Assembly: GCA_028693695.1 (NCBI GenBank)
Contig: JAQUUV010000001.1
Span: 959 to 64,958, forward strand
Source: Syntrophomonas sp.
GTDB lineage: Bacteria; Bacillota; Syntrophomonadia; Syntrophomonadales; Syntrophomonadaceae
Length of the DNA: 64,000 nt
Direction of reading: 5' to 3'
Shown here: positions 11,377 through 19,990 of the stretch, one piece after another
Position numbering within the stretch: the first letter of the stretch is position 1
Layout of the letters: the number at the start of each line of letters is the position of its first letter
The notes under the pieces: generated by a model
The model's database searches: none
Told to the model about the DNA's origin: nothing
The model's input: only the letters and a program-made list of their open reading frames with translations
Made by a program: the position numbers and the translations under genes

Positions 11377-12165
11377 CTAATTCTTAAAGGCTACGTTTTG
11401 CCGCTCAAAAATGAAACTGGCAACGAAGAGCACCACAACTGTCATGATGAGCAGGGAAACACAAGTTAGCCTAGCGTCACCAGGGAGGTTAAGAGCGGAT
11501 TTTTGAAACATGGAGAAAACGCTGAGAAAAAATTTCACTACGATGGGCAGCTCCGCAAAACTGTCGATATGCAAGCGCAAGCCCACCTGTCTGAGGAATT
11601 CTCCCCCAAGGGGGTGGGCGGGAAACATAAAAACCAAGGCGCAGATAGCCGTGGTAGCGGTCGTCGGTGCAAACATGGATATCAGGGTGGTAATAGCCAG
11701 GAACAGCAAAGACACACAGGTGACAATAGCCACAAGTGTCATCCATTGACTGAAGGGGGGCATGGGAAGCTGCCAGCGATACTGTGAGATGCCAGAAACC
11801 TGTGCCCAGAAATAGGCGGCAATGAGTTCAGCCACCAACAGCGGCACGACCATCAGTACATAAGCAAAAAATTTGCCCAATAACAAGGAACGCCGTGGTA
11901 GTGGTTTGGATAGGACCAGTTCCAGGGTGCCCTTCTCCTTTTCACCAACCACGGCATCCATAGCCGTTAAAATACCGATGAAGGGGCAAAGAATAGCAAA
12001 CAATTCAAAGAAAGGGTCCAGAACGCTCGCGGAATTAGCGGTGGGACCCACCTCTGTATAGAGTGCCATTAATATTGCGCCAAATATGAACATAAGTAAA
12101 AATGCCGTCTTATAGTTGCGCACGTTCTCCTGTAATTCGTGCTGCATTACAGCTAGGGTCTTCAC
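11377..12165 (-). CDS. ABC-2 type transporter permease
   Basis: 262 aa, multi-pass hydrophobic. Ends 11 nt upstream of the ATPase gene on the same strand. Confidence 0.7.
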   Translation of the reverse strand: MKTLAVMQHELQENVRNYKTAFLLMFIFGAILMALYTEVGPTANSASVLDPFFELFAILCPFIGILTAMDAVVGEKEKGTLELVLSKPLPRRSLLLGKFFAYVLMVVPLLVAELIAAYFWAQVSGISQYRWQLPMPPFSQWMTLVAIVTCVSLLFLAITTLISMFAPTTATTAICALVFMFPAHPLGGEFLRQVGLRLHIDSFAELPIVVKFFLSVFSMFQKSALNLPGDARLTCVSLLIMTVVVLFVASFIFERQNVAFKN

Positions 12166-12177
12166 TGCCTATCGTCT

Positions 12178-12785
12178 CCGTTTCCGATCATATTTTGTAT
12201 ATAGTGAATTCAAACCTATTCAATCCTAGCATTATTGCCAAATGATGTCCAGATAAGGCATCTTTCTTGTAGAATTTGCTTTTCAAAAATTCTGGGCAAA
12301 AAATAAAGAGGCCTAAACCCTCTAAATTCTACGACGGGCAGTGTCAGAATAAAGGGCAAAGACCTTTCCGTAATGAAGGACCGGAAGCAAGCCTGCTGCA
12401 CAGGAGAGAAATAGGCTTCATTTTTCAATTCTATAATCTGATTCCTAATTTGACCGCGGAAGAAAACATTATGCTGCCGGTTTTGCTGGACGGAAAGAAA
12501 CTAAAAGACTATCGGTATAAGCTCGATGAAATCCTGGAGGACGTGAGCCTTACCGACCGCAGGAACCATACCCCGCGGGAACTGTCCGGAGGTCAGCAGC
12601 AAAGAGTAGCCATTGCACGGGCCCTGATAAACGAGCCGGACCTTATCCTGGCAGATGAACCGATAGGCAATTTGGATACCATAACCGGTTTCGATCTCCA
12701 GATTGATGTTTTCCAGTGCCTTTACCTCTACTAAACCCAGTGTAAATGTCTTACCCAGGCCTATCGCTTCCACCAGTGCCGCCAT
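12178..12785 (-). pseudogene. MacB/LolD-type ABC ATPase scrambled by an internal inversion plus frameshifts
   Basis: The N-terminal 35 codons read on the minus strand ([34 protein letters not shown], 12785 down to ~12684). The Q-loop to Walker B region reads on the plus strand ([39 protein letters not shown], ~12330..12681). A decayed C-terminal remainder reads on the minus strand below 12290. Confidence 0.6.
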
Positions 12786-12828
12786 CGTGGGTCCCTCCTC
12801 CGCTCGATCCGGTCAGGCTATTCGTATT

Positions 12829-13155
12829 TTATCGATTCAATAAGGTTGAGCCGGGATGAGATTTAAGGGCTGGGCTTATTGAAACTACCATCGTAATGAC
12901 TATGCTGGCCAATAGCGAAATCACCAGCAGGCTCGGCGCATAGCTGATAGGAATTGGCATGTCCAGGGCTTTCATTATGTAGGGAAAAACAGAAACCATT
13001 AAAACTCCGATCCCAACGTCGACGATTCCGCCAATTAATCCGCCGGTCATAGCTTCTATGAAAATCATTTTAATAATCTGCCGCTTACTCATACCCAGCG
13101 AACGCATTACTGCCAGCACCCGTTTACGCTCGATAAAACCATTAAAATCCCTCAC
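12829..13155 (-). pseudogene. FtsX-domain ABC permease, C-terminal fragment
   Basis: ERKRVLAVMRSLGMSKRQIIKMIFIEAMTGGLIGG plus two TM segments is the last third of a MacB/FtsX permease. The apparent GTG start lies inside the hairpin of the 95-bp repeat. Confidence 0.6.
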
Positions 13156-13237
13156 CTTTTAATAGTAAAGATGAGGGATTCATGGCAGATTGCTCTTAGG
13201 ATATATTTTTCTCTATCTTAAGTCATGACTTTTTTGG
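13143..13237. repeat. ~95-bp direct repeat, copy 1 (contains a terminator-like hairpin ATCCCTCA..TGAGGGAT)
   Basis: Aligns by eye with 17973..18067. The only divergent patch is about 15 nt. Confidence 0.85.
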
Positions 13238-13297
13238 GGACAGAAGAACTTCCTTTTCCTTCCTTCATAAAGATACGGATCATTCATAAAGCAACCC

Positions 13298-13525
13298 TTA
13301 ACTCTGCTTATGCTTTGCAATAAGCAGAGCTTTCATTTCTGCACCCGAAATTTCTCCCCGCACCCACCGGGCCGAGAGCTTTTTTGCTTGGGTCGAGACA
13401 GGGACACCTTCTATTTTATTCACAGCGTTTGCAAGCTTCACTGCCGCTAAACGCCGAACATGCGCACTTAATCGATGGCATATACACGGAACACGCATGT
13501 TTGCGTTAATTTTACCTTTACACAT
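13298..13525 (-). CDS. VbhA-like antitoxin domain protein (orphan; no Fic toxin gene adjacent)
   Basis: The C-terminal half, NAVNKIEGVPVSTQAKKLSARWVRGEISGAEMKALLI, resembles the VbhA/Fic-antitoxin motif. The start is uncertain. Confidence 0.45.
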   Translation of the reverse strand: MCKGKINANMRVPCICHRLSAHVRRLAAVKLANAVNKIEGVPVSTQAKKLSARWVRGEISGAEMKALLIAKHKQS

Positions 13526-13665
13526 TAATTAATGCAATAATGTTCATCGCATTTTTGTTCATCACATTTTCTATGCAGAAGCCATTGATATTTTCGCTCA
13601 GTTTGCATAGACTATTGATGTAAGGAAAGTAAGGAGTGCCTTGCTTGTGAAAGGAGTGATAACAC

Positions 13666-13923
13666 ATGGAGCTTGCAAAGATAACCTCGAAGGGACAGAT
13701 CACCATTCCGGTTAATATCCGCCGAAAGCTGGGCGTCAAGGAGGGTGACAAGGTTTTGTTCGTTGAAGAGGCCGGGAAGATATATATCCTAAATTCTTCA
13801 ATGGAGGCCCTTAAAGAAGCACAAGCCGCATTCGCCGGAGAAGCGGAACGCGTCGGACTGAAGGATGAGGATGATGTAGCCGCCATGATGAAGGAGTTTC
13901 GGCGGGAAAGAACGGTAAAGTAA
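13666..13923 (+). CDS. AbrB/MazE/SpoVT-family antitoxin
   Basis: ITSKGQITIPVNIRRKLGVKEGDKVLF is the swapped-hairpin DNA-binding motif. Its stop directly abuts the PIN gene start. Confidence 0.85.
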   Translation: MELAKITSKGQITIPVNIRRKLGVKEGDKVLFVEEAGKIYILNSSMEALKEAQAAFAGEAERVGLKDEDDVAAMMKEFRRERTVK

Positions 13924-14322
13924 ATGAGGGTCATGCTGGATACCAATGTGCTTATCTCCCTGCTTTTATTTCCAAATCCGCGCATGAACGCCATGATTGA
14001 GCTTATCTTCACTGAGCACGAGCTTGTGCTGTCCTCCTTTGTCGTCCGTGAACTGAAAGACGTTGTGCAGCGCAAATTCCCGACAAAGGTGAAGGACGTG
14101 GATAGGCTCCTTATGAAAATGAGTTACGACCTCGTTTACACGCCGGAGGAAATGGACGAAACGATGTTCAGCATCCGTGACGCGAAGGATTACCCTGTCC
14201 TCTATACGGCAATCATTGAGGATGTGGACGTTCTCATAACTGGCGACAAAGATTTTACCGACATTGAGATCGAAAAACCAGAGATAATGACCCCCGCCGA
14301 CTTCATGGAAAAGTACCTCTGA
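13924..14322 (+). CDS. PIN-domain toxin
   Basis: MLDTNVLISLL at the N-terminus and LITGDKDF at the C-terminus supply the acidic PIN residues. Forms an operon with the AbrB-type antitoxin. Confidence 0.85.
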   Translation: MRVMLDTNVLISLLLFPNPRMNAMIELIFTEHELVLSSFVVRELKDVVQRKFPTKVKDVDRLLMKMSYDLVYTPEEMDETMFSIRDAKDYPVLYTAIIEDVDVLITGDKDFTDIEIEKPEIMTPADFMEKYL

Positions 14323-14329
14323 TTGAGAA

Positions 14330-14416
14330 CATCATACTGCAAATCCTTAGGGGGACAATAGTTGCCATTCCAGAAGTTTGCCTCCGGCTTCCTTCAGATT
14401 ATCTGAGTTCTCAGAT
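14330..14416 (-). mobile_element. Group II intron domain I fragment (continuation beyond the RIT insertion)
   Basis: The minus strand reads AATCTGAAGGAAGCCGGAGGCAAACTTCTGGAATGGCAAC. This continues the intron sequence that breaks off at 17870 (..CGCGAGGTGGAATCTGAA). Confidence 0.5.
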
Positions 14417-14514
14417 AATCTGAATTATCCGAGGGAAAATATTATCCGAGGAATTGAAGAAGTGCGCTGGTATGCAAGTATAACAGACAAATTTCCTCGG
14501 ATAATTTTTCCCTG

Positions 14515-15525
14515 TTAAATCTTCTTTAAAAACTCTAATCCTATGTCCTCATAATCAAGAGCTGCCTTAACAGGCAGAATATTGGCTAAGCTGTGTTCCG
14601 CCAAATACTTATCCTTTAATGCATCGCTTACGGTTGCGTAAATCAACGTCGTTTCCAAAGAAACGTGTCCAAGGAAGTTTTTGATTACTGGTAAAGGCAC
14701 GCCAGCCTCCAGCATATGAACCGCTATGGAATGACGGAATGTATGGGGAGTATATTTTTTTTCCCTAAATAATGCCGAATGTTTTCTTTTTGCTTCCCTT
14801 ACATATTTCTTTACGATTTCCTCAACGCAGGAAATTGTCATATGTTCATGAGTTTGGCTTGAAAAAACATGGCTTTCCACCACTTTCTTTTCGTGTTCCA
14901 GATATGTTTTGAGCAGGACTGCACAATCATCAGGAATTGTAATAATCCGACCTTTTTTCCCTTTACCAATAAGCTTGATTGAAGTTTTCTCTCCAAAACG
15001 GATGTCACACACCTTTAAATCGCATAATTCCTGTGCTCGGGCACCGCTTGCATAGAGCACGCTTAACAGCACAAGATCCCTGTAGCCAACTCTTCCGATC
15101 CCGGAAGGAAGGTGCAGCATAATGAAAATTTCCTCTTTGGTAAAGTATACAGGCATTTTTTTGCTTTCCTTCTTTTTGGGGATGGAAGAAAGCGCCCCAT
15201 GGAACCCGGCTGCTTCAACCGGCTCCTTTCTGACTGCATACTTGGAGAATGAGGATATGCAACTCAGTCTCTGGTTGCGGGTGCTTATGCTACAGAATCT
15301 GCATTTTTCCAGCCACGACAGTAACTGCTCCGGCACATCTTTTTCCAGCGTATGGAATGTTACCTTTTCTGGAAGAATCCCTTTTTCTTCCTTTAAAAAG
15401 CTGAACAGGAGCTGGAATGAGTATTTATATGAACGGATGGAGTTACTGCTCAGCCCTTTGGTAACAGGCAGGTATTCCGTAAAGTATGCTGAAAGCACAT
15501 CAAGAAAAGCGCTGTTTTTTCTCAT
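14515..15525 (-). CDS. Tyrosine recombinase, third gene of the RIT trio
   Basis: HTFRHSIAVHMLEAGV..LGHVSLETTLIYA supplies the catalytic H-x-x-R, H and Y residues. Confidence 0.9.
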   Translation of the reverse strand: MRKNSAFLDVLSAYFTEYLPVTKGLSSNSIRSYKYSFQLLFSFLKEEKGILPEKVTFHTLEKDVPEQLLSWLEKCRFCSISTRNQRLSCISSFSKYAVRKEPVEAAGFHGALSSIPKKKESKKMPVYFTKEEIFIMLHLPSGIGRVGYRDLVLLSVLYASGARAQELCDLKVCDIRFGEKTSIKLIGKGKKGRIITIPDDCAVLLKTYLEHEKKVVESHVFSSQTHEHMTISCVEEIVKKYVREAKRKHSALFREKKYTPHTFRHSIAVHMLEAGVPLPVIKNFLGHVSLETTLIYATVSDALKDKYLAEHSLANILPVKAALDYEDIGLEFLKKI

Positions 15526-16484
15526 GCCTTCACCTCAGGGAACACCCCTCTTGTATATTCTGAGATTCTTTCCTGCGCCTCTGGATACAGTTCATAAGAA
15601 AACCTCAGATAACGGTCTGTTTTCATGATGTTTTCATGACCGAGATAGGTGGATAGAAAAGGAACTGTGCCGTCAAATGAATCACCTGAGCTCTGAAAAG
15701 AACGGAATACAAATGTATGGCGAAGACAATGGGGACAAATGCCCCTTTCTCCCGGATAACAGCGTTCCTGCTTTATGCCGCTTAATTCCAACGCTACAGC
15801 AAACCACCGTTCCACCCAGCTGTTGCTGTAGGGCTTTCCATCCGTTCCGGCAAAAAGATGAGCCTCCGCTTCCTGCAGGAGTCCTCTCCTGATGCAGTAT
15901 TTCATCAGCAAGTCAGCAGTGCTTTGTTTCATTGGCACAAGACGCTGCCGGTTGCGTTTGGCTTTACGGATAGTCAGGCAGCCCCTATCAAAATCTATAT
16001 CCCCGGATTTCAACGAAAGCGCTTCCGAAAGACGCAGCCCGCAGGCATAGAGGAGCCTTATGATCATCGGGAAAGCTATCGGCATATCGGAACCGGAAAC
16101 TTTTAAAGTGCATGAAAGATTGTCTGCTTCATGTATCATGTCCCTCCACTCTGATTCGTCGAATATGTAAGGCGTATATGCGCTTGCTGTTTTCCGAGGA
16201 GTTTCCGGGATATCGCAATGGATTCCTTCTGCTGAAAGATATCTCATGAACCCCCGCAATACAATATATTTTTTCTTTCTTGTTGCCTGAGAACCGGTCA
16301 GCTGGCTGTCCCATGCAAAAATGACCTGCGGCGAAAGTGCTTCTTCAGCAGAACTGTCTTTCGGAATGAACCGTTCCAGCTCCCTGAACAGGCTTTCAAC
16401 ATGTGGCGTATATCTTCCTGATTTGTCCAGCAGGTTGAGATATGCACACATTTCCTTCCCTAATACATTGGAATACAACCTCAT
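15522..16484 (-). CDS. Tyrosine recombinase, second gene of the RIT trio
   Basis: GLRLSEAL, HCLRHTFVF, LGHENIMKTDRYL. Confidence 0.9.
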   Translation of the reverse strand: MRLYSNVLGKEMCAYLNLLDKSGRYTPHVESLFRELERFIPKDSSAEEALSPQVIFAWDSQLTGSQATRKKKYIVLRGFMRYLSAEGIHCDIPETPRKTASAYTPYIFDESEWRDMIHEADNLSCTLKVSGSDMPIAFPMIIRLLYACGLRLSEALSLKSGDIDFDRGCLTIRKAKRNRQRLVPMKQSTADLLMKYCIRRGLLQEAEAHLFAGTDGKPYSNSWVERWFAVALELSGIKQERCYPGERGICPHCLRHTFVFRSFQSSGDSFDGTVPFLSTYLGHENIMKTDRYLRFSYELYPEAQERISEYTRGVFPEVKA

Positions 16485-17713
16485 TTCCAGGCACCTCCTT
16501 CCAGATAAGAAGTAAAACGCCCGGTTGCCTCAGGGCATTCCAGTGCACATTTGCGGAGCTTTTCTATGTCAATGGATGCATATCTCTTTGTTGCATTCGG
16601 ATCTGTATGCCCCAGCACTCTCTGTACTACCGCATATGGGACATCGTCAGCAATCAGTCCGCTTGCCATGCTTGAGCGGATTGCATGAGGCCCTCTTTTT
16701 CTACCGTCAGTATGAATTGTCTGTTTTAATTTTGAGTCCGCAATGCTCCAAAGAGCGCTTCTGGTCAAAGCACCATAGGGAGCAGAGTGTTTTTGAAAAA
16801 GAGGAGAGTGCGGGGAATCTGGTTTTGCTGCTGCCAGGTAAGACAGCAGCGCCTCTCTGACTGTTGGAAGCAGGTCAGCATGATATTCATTTCCTGTTTT
16901 GGACTGCACGAAAGAAAAATGGCTTCGCTGAAAATCTACGTTTGCCACTTTTAAGTTAATTAAGTCAGTTGCACGGATTCCATATGCTGTAAGCATCAGC
17001 ATGATGGCGTAATCCCTTTTGCCGGACGTGTTGACGCAATCAATGCTGTTCAGCATCTGCAGAAGTTCTTCTTTTTTGTATATGACAGGCAGCTTGATTT
17101 CTGCACGAAAGGAGGGAACAGCCTTGGATAAATCTGTTCTTGTTTTTCCGCTATGGTGCAGATATCTTAGAAAGCAGGGGGTTTTTTCACAAAACCCCTC
17201 TGGAGATCCTGCCGAAAGAAACGCTGCACCTACATGCGCCATCGTTATCTCCTCCGTATGGTCAATCCCCTGCTCCTCCATTGACCGCAAAAACTGTATG
17301 GCAAAAATGCGCCTGACTTTTATCGTGGCCGGTTTTAATCCTCTATCCTCCATTGATGCCAGATAACCTTCCAACACCCCTCGAAAAACCTCTGGGGGCT
17401 CAGAACTGTTCTTTGGACAGGAGTAAGCGTATGGTGTTCCAGACAAGTAATCATTAAATCTTCTTACGGCTGTCCGTACATGCCTTTTGTAGCTTTCCGA
17501 TAAGGAAAGCTCTGGAAGAACAGTGGCTAGGAAGGCTTCTGATGCATCTTTCGTGTATCCAGAATTCTCGCCAGATTTCATGAATAGCCATGCTTTTCTT
17601 AGGAAAGATCGGTAGCCTTTAAGTGTGGTTTCTGAATATCCCTTCTCTTTGAAAGCTGCAAGGGCTTCTGTCATTTTGCATTCAAGCTGCTGTTCAGGGA
17701 TAAAAAAATTCAT
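16481..17713 (-). CDS. Tyrosine recombinase, first gene of the RIT trio
   Basis: GIRATDLINL, HAIRSSMAS, LGHTDPNATKRYA. Start chosen at the ATG at 17713, behind a GGAG RBS; the ORF track extends to 17776. Confidence 0.85.
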   Translation of the reverse strand: MNFFIPEQQLECKMTEALAAFKEKGYSETTLKGYRSFLRKAWLFMKSGENSGYTKDASEAFLATVLPELSLSESYKRHVRTAVRRFNDYLSGTPYAYSCPKNSSEPPEVFRGVLEGYLASMEDRGLKPATIKVRRIFAIQFLRSMEEQGIDHTEEITMAHVGAAFLSAGSPEGFCEKTPCFLRYLHHSGKTRTDLSKAVPSFRAEIKLPVIYKKEELLQMLNSIDCVNTSGKRDYAIMLMLTAYGIRATDLINLKVANVDFQRSHFSFVQSKTGNEYHADLLPTVREALLSYLAAAKPDSPHSPLFQKHSAPYGALTRSALWSIADSKLKQTIHTDGRKRGPHAIRSSMASGLIADDVPYAVVQRVLGHTDPNATKRYASIDIEKLRKCALECPEATGRFTSYLEGGAWK

Positions 17714-17869
17714 AAAAATCATCTCCTCGTACAATGTCGGCATTGAAAATGCTGCACCATACATTATACTTGGCACAAAAACTTATCCTAGAAACTTTGC
17801 AAAACATCAGATGGAAGGAGGATTCCCTGAAATTCCTCGGATAATATTTTCCCTCGGATAATTCAGATT

Positions 17870-17969
17870 CCACCTCGCGATGGACATCCTTGCCCTTGGC
17901 TATGTGCTTGGCACTATCAACCCGCACTCGGGACTTTCACCCGTTAGACTGCGCCCATGCCGGGCGCAC
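17870..17969 (-). mobile_element. Group II intron 5' end fragment, interrupted by the RIT element
   Basis: The minus strand reads GTGCGCCCGGCATGGGCGCAGTCTAACGGGTGAAAGTCCCGAGTGCGGGTTGATAGTGCC..CGCGAGGTGG. It opens with the GUGCG 5' consensus directly after a hairpin plus TTTTA, which is a class-C-like insertion context. No intron ORF and no domains V/VI are present. Confidence 0.55.
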
Positions 17970-17972
17970 AAG

Positions 17973-18067
17973 TAAAATCCCTCACCTTTTAATAGTAAGG
18001 ATGAGGGATTCATGGCACATCGCCCCTGGGATATATTTTTCTCTATCTTAAGTCATGACTTTTTTGA
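17973..18067. repeat. ~95-bp direct repeat, copy 2
   Basis: See 13143..13237. Confidence 0.85.
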
Positions 18068-18088
18068 GGACACCCGGATGCTTCTGAA

Positions 18089-18643
18089 CTAATCAGGATA
18101 GTAAATTATCATATCAAGTAAGCAAGTTGAGTCGCCGGTATTTTCATAACTATGAGGTCCATCGGCCTTAAAGCGTATTGCCTTGCCGGAATTAACAACA
18201 TACTTTTTATCACCTATTACAACTGTCAATTCTCCCACAAATACGGTTATATACTCTTGAGTTCCTTGTAAATGAGGTACAGTGGACAAATATCCGTTCT
18301 TATCCAATTCAAGGTAATATATTTCAAAACGCCGAGTGCTATCAAAAGGAAATGTAGGATATATTTTCACCCTGCCTTCGCTTTCTATTAAAGGTTCTAT
18401 ATTGCTTGTATCTATTAATTCAACATTTGATTCTGCGTAATTAATGAACTGTGAAAAAGATATTTTAAGCCCATTTGCTATCTTCCACATAGTTGATACG
18501 GTTGGGTTCACGTCACAGCGTTCAATTTGTCCAAGCATACTTTTACTTACACCTGATAGTTTTGCAACAGTATCAAGACTAAGTTTCTTTTCTTCCCTAA
18601 TTCTTTTTAAATTTTCGGCAATTACGCTGCTAAGATTATCCAA
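18089..18643 (-). CDS. XRE-family HTH regulator with a C-terminal cupin domain
   Basis: LKRIREEKKLSLDTVAKLSGVSKSMLGQIERCDVNPTVSTMWKIANGL (HTH_3), followed by a beta-rich cupin-like C-terminus. Confidence 0.85.
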   Translation of the reverse strand: MDNLSSVIAENLKRIREEKKLSLDTVAKLSGVSKSMLGQIERCDVNPTVSTMWKIANGLKISFSQFINYAESNVELIDTSNIEPLIESEGRVKIYPTFPFDSTRRFEIYYLELDKNGYLSTVPHLQGTQEYITVFVGELTVVIGDKKYVVNSGKAIRFKADGPHSYENTGDSTCLLDMIIYYPD

Positions 18644-18771
18644 ATAAACACCTCTTTAACGATTGACATTATAGTGCACATGTATTATCTTTATAGTGCA
18701 CAGGCAACATACTGTCCTTTTTGTCCAGTATATCATGCGGTTAATTCAGAGTAAAGAGGTGAGATATAGCA

Positions 18772-19365
18772 ATGGTAAATTTACCCGCATTTTTATCATA
18801 TGTTTTTGTCGCAAACATTTCTCCGGGGCCTAACACAATCATATCAATGTCAAATGCAAGTAAGTTTGACCTAAAGAAAAGTATTCAGTTTAATTTAGGG
18901 GTATCTGTGGGTGCCTTTTTTGTACTACTGATATGTAGCTTTTTCAGCTTAACCATATTTAAGGTTTTTCCTTCGATTAAGTTGATTATGGTTTGGATAG
19001 GCGCTGGATATATTTTATGGCTATCATGGAAGATATTAAGGAGTAGACCTATTGCGGAAAATGAACAAAGTAATGGAAAAAGCAGTTTGTTTTTTCACGG
19101 TGTTGTTTTACAATTTGTCAACCCAAATACGATTTTGTATGGAGTGACTGCTTTTACAACATTTATTATTCCACAATATAACTCTCCTGTTCTATTAATA
19201 ATATTTAGCGTTCTTCTTTCTTTCAGCGCTTTTATATGCACGGTTTGTTGGACTCTGTTTGGTTCATTATTTCAAAAAATAATTGTAAAACACGGAAATT
19301 TCATTAATGTTGTCATGGCAATTCTTCTTGCGTATTGCGCTCTTTCTTTGATTGTTAAAAAATAG
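18772..19365 (+). CDS. LysE/RhtB-family amino-acid exporter
   Basis: 197 aa with 5-6 TM segments. N-terminal FVANISPGPNTIISM motif. Divergent from the XRE-cupin regulator. Confidence 0.8.
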   Translation: MVNLPAFLSYVFVANISPGPNTIISMSNASKFDLKKSIQFNLGVSVGAFFVLLICSFFSLTIFKVFPSIKLIMVWIGAGYILWLSWKILRSRPIAENEQSNGKSSLFFHGVVLQFVNPNTILYGVTAFTTFIIPQYNSPVLLIIFSVLLSFSAFICTVCWTLFGSLFQKIIVKHGNFINVVMAILLAYCALSLIVKK

Positions 19366-19973
19366 GCTAGGTACGTTGATGCATCAATGAAAAACAGGGT
19401 CGGGTCTTCATCCAGCCTGACCCCGATACCGTATAGGACTGCGGCTACATGTTTACACATCACCGCCCAATCCGGGCAGGAACATTTAAAGGTGATTTCC
19501 TTGGGTGCCGGGAAGAGACCGCTGCCCTGGGCTGTAAACAATTCTGACAGTCCGGGCGGAAATTTTCCATCGATCAATTCCTGCAGAGAATCAATTTTGC
19601 CCTCACCGGCAATGCGTATGTTTTCCCACACCTCGGGCAGCAGCGGGCGGATGGCAATCTCGACTTCATACGGTTTTCTGACACTCCCCTGCACCAACGC
19701 TTTGATAATGCCCTGTTCAATCTTCAGATCCAGCACCGCCCCGTTGCGCACATAGCTACGCCCACGGCCAATGCGGTTTGAGTAGTCCGAATAGCGCTGC
19801 AGATTGTCATTCCAGGCCTTTCCCCACCAGGTTCGAGCCAGCTGGCGACCGGTTATAATAACCGGGGTAAGCTCCGCTTTCCCTTTTTTCTTCAGCTTTG
19901 CGATGGTATTTTGAGCCATTTTTTCTCTTTCGGCTTTGGTTACATATTCAAGGTAGTAGTCGTCATACGCCAT
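19272..19973 (-). CDS. SWIM zinc-finger protein, C-terminally truncated or fused
   Basis: CSCPDWAVMCKHVAAVLY is the SWIM motif. Family-like sequence stops near 19389 (..DEDPTLFF). The remaining ORF is antisense to the lysE-like 3' end. Confidence 0.65.
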   Translation of the reverse strand: MAYDDYYLEYVTKAEREKMAQNTIAKLKKKGKAELTPVIITGRQLARTWWGKAWNDNLQRYSDYSNRIGRGRSYVRNGAVLDLKIEQGIIKALVQGSVRKPYEVEIAIRPLLPEVWENIRIAGEGKIDSLQELIDGKFPPGLSELFTAQGSGLFPAPKEITFKCSCPDWAVMCKHVAAVLYGIGVRLDEDPTLFFIDASTYLAYFLTIKERAQYARRIAMTTLMKFPCFTIIF

Positions 19974-19990
19974 AGTATCTTCCCTCCTGG

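Larger units (their letters stand above)
14417..17869 (-). mobile_element. Recombinase-in-trio (RIT) element
   Basis: Three tandem tyrosine recombinase genes with 4-bp ATGA-type overlaps. They are bounded by perfect 39-bp terminal inverted repeats (14417..14455 = reverse complement of 17831..17869, AATCTGAATTATCCGAGGGAAAATATTATCCGAGGAATT). Each repeat holds two ATCCGAGG subrepeats, and a third inverted copy lies at 14495..14502. Confidence 0.8.

Noticed and set aside
13518-14075. A 185-aa minus-strand ORF
   Set aside because: It is Ser-rich and of low complexity, and it lies entirely antisense to the well-supported AbrB/PIN toxin-antitoxin genes.
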